Position numbers and translations under genes: made by a program. The notes under the pieces were generated by a model. It made no database searches, had not been told where the DNA came from, and saw nothing but the letters and a program-made list of their open reading frames with translations. From Hyphochytrium catenoides (taxonomy: Eukaryota > Protista > Hyphochytriomycota), in assembly GCA_900088475.1 (NCBI GenBank), contig FLMG01001932.1:1-48198 (forward strand): a DNA stretch of 48,198 nucleotides. Direction: 5' to 3'. Positions 43,786-48,198 of this stretch are shown here, one piece after another (position 1 is the stretch's first letter; each line of letters begins with the position of its first letter).

Positions 43786-46700
43786 TTATGCCGCAGCTAT
43801 TTGATCTTGGGCCGGGCCTAGAGAGCCATTGACGAGAGAGGCGGCGATAGCTTCCCTGTCTCTGCCGCGTCTACTCTTCTTCGCCTTCTCTGGTCCTCCC
43901 CCTTGTCTCTTCTTCTGCTTCTCCCCTCCTCTACTGCTGTTTCCTGGCTGATCTTCTGAAAGTAAGCTGTCGATGTCATCGTCAGGCATTTCCCTCGTGC
44001 TGCTTCTTCCCTTCTCCGTTTCGTTCCCTTCTGCTGTATCCTTGGACGGTACCTCGGTCTCCACTATCCTGTTCTTATCTCTCTCCATCTGCCTCTGGAC
44101 AAGTTTGGCATAGATGCCTCCAAGAGAGAGGAGAGAGTCATGGTTCCCTTTCTCTACAATCCTTCCTTTGTCCACCACCGCGATAATATCAGCGTTGATC
44201 ACAGTGGAGAGCCTGTGCGCCACAAGGACCACAGTGGAGCCGCTAAGGCGAATGAGCTTGTCCAGCGCCTCCTGGACTTGAGCCTCGTTCTCTGCGTCAA
44301 GGGCTGAGGTGGCCTCGTCTAGGATTAGTAGCTTAGGCTTTCGAAGGAAGGCGCGGGCGATGGCGATACGCTGCAGGGGAAGAAAGGTGGAGAGATAGGG
44401 GAGCGAGATTGTTTGTTAATTAGCGGCAATGAAAGGGGTGTTGGGTGGAGGGAGAGTAAGCGCGCGCAAGAGAGAGAGAGAGACAGTGGGTGAGAGAGAA
44501 GGAAAAGTAGAGAGAAATAGTTCAAAACGAAGAGCAAACAGTGCCGTGTGAAACCTCTAAAGAAGCAAAGATAGTACACATAAAGAGTTATGCCGGACGG
44601 CGGAACAAGGCGGTTATGCTTAGCAGGACAAGATAACAGAGGCGAACAGGGGGGGGGGGTTTAAGCCACCAAGGAAACGAGACAAAAGACGCGAGAGAAA
44701 GTTGACCATATGAGAGACATCCAGAGTAACTGGGGAGAAACAGATGCAAACTGACCAAGAAAGAGAGGAGAGAGAAGGGGAGAAGGAGCAGAAGATAGAA
44801 AGAGAGCGAGAGAGAGAGAGAGAGGTATACGCGTCCACCTCACCTGTTTCTGCCCTCCACTAAGCCTGACGCCTCTATCTCCCACGAGGGTCTTATAGCC
44901 CTCGTCAAAGCCCATGATGAACTCATGAGCGTTGGCCCGCTCCGCAGCCTCTCTTAGCTCTCTCACCGAGTAGCTGGGCACCCCGTAGGCAATGTTCTCC
45001 TCAATGCTCCCGGCAAACAACTGTGTCTCTTGCGCTACCAGTGCACTGTTTGAATGTAACGCCTCAAGGTTAAGGTCTCGAAGATCTTGGCCGTCGAGAC
45101 AGATCGAGCCCTTTACAGGGTCGTAGAACCTCGTGAGGAGGTGCACAAGAGTGGTCTTGCCGCTCCCCGACCGGCCCACTAGCGCACAGACTTGGCCTGG
45201 GAAATCAGANNNNNNNNNGGCTGTCGGGTCTCAGCTGATAATGGAAAGAGACAGCCTGGATGTCAATCTCTCCCTTGATCTCCTCTCTCTTCAGTACTCT
45301 TCCCTTCTGACTATCAATGTCCGGCACACTGTCAATGAGAGAGAGAACTCTTTGGGCAGCTCCCGCTGCCCTTGTAAAGGAGTTCAACACACCATTCAGC
45401 GCCTGTATGGCCGCCTTCATCATTGACCAGTACAGCTGAAACGTTATTAGCTTGCCTATGGTGACGTCGTCTGGAGATGGAGTATACCCAGGCATAGACG
45501 CTCTTCTATGTGTCTCCATCGCGAGGACGCCTCCGTACCAGAGAATGAGGACACCTGTCCCTAGGTTAATGTACTTGGAAAGAGCGTTCGTGGCAGAAGA
45601 AGCCATCGCGTCCTTTATGCCGTTGCGTAGCGCCTCTTCCATGTGAGTGCGGAACTTAGATATCTCTAACTCCTCCGTAGAGAATCCTGCAAGGCAGGAG
45701 AAGGGAACGAGAGATTGCAAGAGATGGACGTGGGGGAAGACAGCTGTGTCAAAGACTGCTTAAGCGACAGAAAATTGGAGCCATTACTACGTGACAGACA
45801 GACAGAGATAGAGCAAAAGTAGAGCAGAGTAAAAGAGACTAAAGTTGCGAAGATGAGAGACAGGAAGAGCTGAGGAAGAGCTGGAAAAGAGCCACAATGG
45901 GCGAGGGATCCTAGGGACCAACAACTGAAGGCTACGCAGTGCCAGTGAGAGATAGCAAGATGGAGAAAAGTAGCAATAGAGTCCTACCTCTGATAGTTCT
46001 AATATTATAGAAGGCCTGTGTTGCCACGGAGTTAGCCTCGCCCAGCGCATTCCAGATTTCCATGTTGATCCTCTTCGACCAGCCCGCGTACTCGCCGGTG
46101 ATATAGATAACAGGTCCGACTGAGGTGAAGGCGAGCATGCACAGACGCCACGAGGTATAGAAAGACATGATCATGCCTCCGACCAGCTTCACGCTGTTGC
46201 TGACCACCACGTTAAGAAACGTCTTAGCCGGAGAGACCATAGCAGCAGCATCTTGAGAGATCCTGGAGGTCAAGTGTCCAGTGGTCGTGCCATCAAAGAA
46301 AGCAATGTCCTGTCTCAGTATGCTGCGGAAGAGCTTGGTCCGGACATAAAACGACATTTTCCTCCCCGCAATGTTAAAGCACAGAGCCTTGATGCCGCCA
46401 AAGAGTCCTGAATAGAAAGGAGTTGCAGAAGAAAGAACGCGGGCAGACAGTAGGATAACAAGTGGACGTCAATGGAGCGAAGATAGAAATAGGATTACCC
46501 CTAAGAACGATGGAAAGCATGCGACTGCGGCGGATGTTATCGAGATAAGCTAACGATATCACGAGGAAGGAGAAGAGCATCAGGAGAGAGGGTTGGAGAG
46601 AGGGAAAGTAGAGAGAGTAAAACTAGAGGTACTATATACCAACCTGTTGCGATGCTAAGTGCCACAAACACTTCCAGGTCTGCCCAGAACTGCTCTGCAT

Positions 46701-47775
46701 GGCCTGCAACTACCCTATCCAAAATGTGTCCCTGATACTTCGGCAAAAGGAGTACACAGAATAGAGTCACCGCCATGCATGCGAAGCCAATCCCCAAGAG
46801 AGGTATGTGAGGAATAGAGAGCTGCAGCGCTCGAAAGAAGTACTTGCTATTGCTGATCTCTTCCTCGATCTTAGCTCCTTTGTCTCCTCTGAGCACCACC
46901 CCTTCCTTCTCACCACTCCTTGACTTCGAATGCTTCACGAAGCACTTCAAACAGACGTCATAGTCACAGGCGTCACATCGATAGCCCGTATCTTTGATCT
47001 TCGCTAGACAGACATCGCAGGTGTGCCCTGCCAGCTTAGAGGAGGATTGCACCTCATGATTATGAAGACTCTTGAGGAGCACGCCTTCCTCTGCCGTCAC
47101 TTGCTCTATGCAGCTCTTACCTACTGAGAAAGAGAATGAAAGAAGGAGAACTAGAGAGGTGATACAGATCTTCTCCCACGGTTCAAAGTTCTCTTGAAAA
47201 GCCACGCATTTGATGCCAATGTATAGAGAGAAGGCGGCTTGGCCCACAAACAGAGAGAGGATAATGCCGCTCACGCGTAGGGCATTGCGGTCCCTTGAAG
47301 CCTCAGTAGCCTTTGTCTGTGCCTCTTCGGCACGTAAAGCCTTTCCTTCTTTATCTTTGTCTATCGTCTCTTCTCCCGTCTCTCTAAGAGAGATACCGCC
47401 GTAGCTCTCTCTTTTCTCCACAGGAACTAGCAATGGCACGCTCTCCTCGCTTTGTTGCACCTCCTCCTGGTTCAGAGGATCGCTGGGTCGCCTAGGCTTA
47501 AGTTTAGGTGCAGACAGCGTAGCAGTCAGCACTATTGCGGACCAGAAGAGAGAGAGTACGAAGAGATCTGATGTTTCCTTTCTGAAGTCCGTTAGACTGT
47601 GCAAGAAGGAGAAAAGAGACACAGACTGCGTTGTAAGGAAGTATTGAACCGCGCAAGTGACGACAAGTGTTGCCAGAAGAATATAGAGAAGAAGGTACAA
47701 TGCGTTCGCTGAGAGCCACTTGAGGCTGCTCTCTCTCCCGCTAGCGTTTCTCCTCCGTCTGCCCGTTATAGACAT
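43786..47775 (-). CDS. ABCB-type half ABC transporter (TAP/ABCB9/ABCB10-like) with extra N-terminal TM helices and a ZZ/C1-like Zn finger; exons 47775-46644, 46407-45988, 45686-44844 (contains N-gap), 44370-43786
   Basis: TMD motifs [14 protein letters not shown] and NIRTIR|GFSTE; Walker A GRSGSGKT; Q-loop VAQE; signature LSGGQKQ|RIAIARA; Walker [12 protein letters not shown]; switch AHRLSTV. Confidence 0.93.
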
Positions 47776-48198
47776 GATTCTCTTTGGATGTAAGCCTAGC
47801 TGACTGCCGGGCCTGGGGTTGGCATCACCTGTGTTACAGCTTCAGTAGTTGTCTAGGAGTGCAATGATCTTGGAGCAGAGGGACAATGCGAGAGTCCCGC
47901 ACCAGCCGATAAGGAGAGGGGTAAATGTTGGGGAAGAGCGGCGATCTTCTTTGAGAAGGGACTTCGAGTTCAACTCCTCAGGCTCAGCTGGAGCACCTTC
48001 CGCAAGCTCTTAGAATCCAAGACGGTAGGGTGGGCTCCTTGACCCACGCCTTCCTTAATAAAAGAACAGCTTAGTTATCGGGGAGCCTGAAGAAGAGCTG
48101 AAGATCAAGAAGAGAATCTGCGATGTCTCTGTGGCAATGAGCTGCCGGCTATCTCACGCGGGCGATGCCGCCTCAGGTCAGAGGCACAACTTATTTCT

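Noticed and set aside
45205-45220. Frameshift in the ABC transporter (pseudogene)
   Set aside because: The frame change coincides with a 9-N assembly gap of unreliable length, and all motifs on both sides are intact.
1752-47775. An operon-like endomembrane trafficking cluster (WW-dileucine protein, DPF-INPP4, dileucine ABCB)
   Set aside because: The genes are far apart and interleaved with unrelated genes, so co-location is probably coincidental without synteny or co-expression data.
47790-48198. Additional exon or gene at the right edge
   Set aside because: No ATG-initiated or splice-consistent frame could be supported.

Overview
Intron-rich eukaryotic genomic DNA (~50% GC, many (GA/CT)n microsatellites, four N-gaps), probably a protist. 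Stramenopile-like is a guess. Standard genetic code, GT-AG introns and one likely GC-AG intron. Eight genes were reconstructed by hand: (1) the 3' part of a Shr3-like ER membrane protein (+); (2) an acidic protein with repeated [DE]xxxL[LI] motifs and three C-terminal WW domains (-); (3) an intronless MFS transporter with a ~250-aa, 14-Cys loop before its last helix (+); (4) an intronless DUF4140/DUF4139 (MuiA-like) gene (+); (5) an INPP4-type inositol polyphosphate 4-phosphatase with N-terminal DPF motifs and two C2-like domains (-); (6) a 21-exon gene that splices in frame into a fusion of formiminoglutamate deiminase (HutF) and an ArgE-like M20 metallohydrolase (-); (7) a 90-aa secreted 10-Cys peptide (+); (8) an ABCB half transporter with a ZZ/C1-like zinc finger (-). 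The top candidate for a new system is gene 6. It may be a bifunctional enzyme that finishes folate-independent histidine catabolism, with the M20 domain replacing the HutG N-formylglutamate deformylase. All exon models are manual, and no database search was run.
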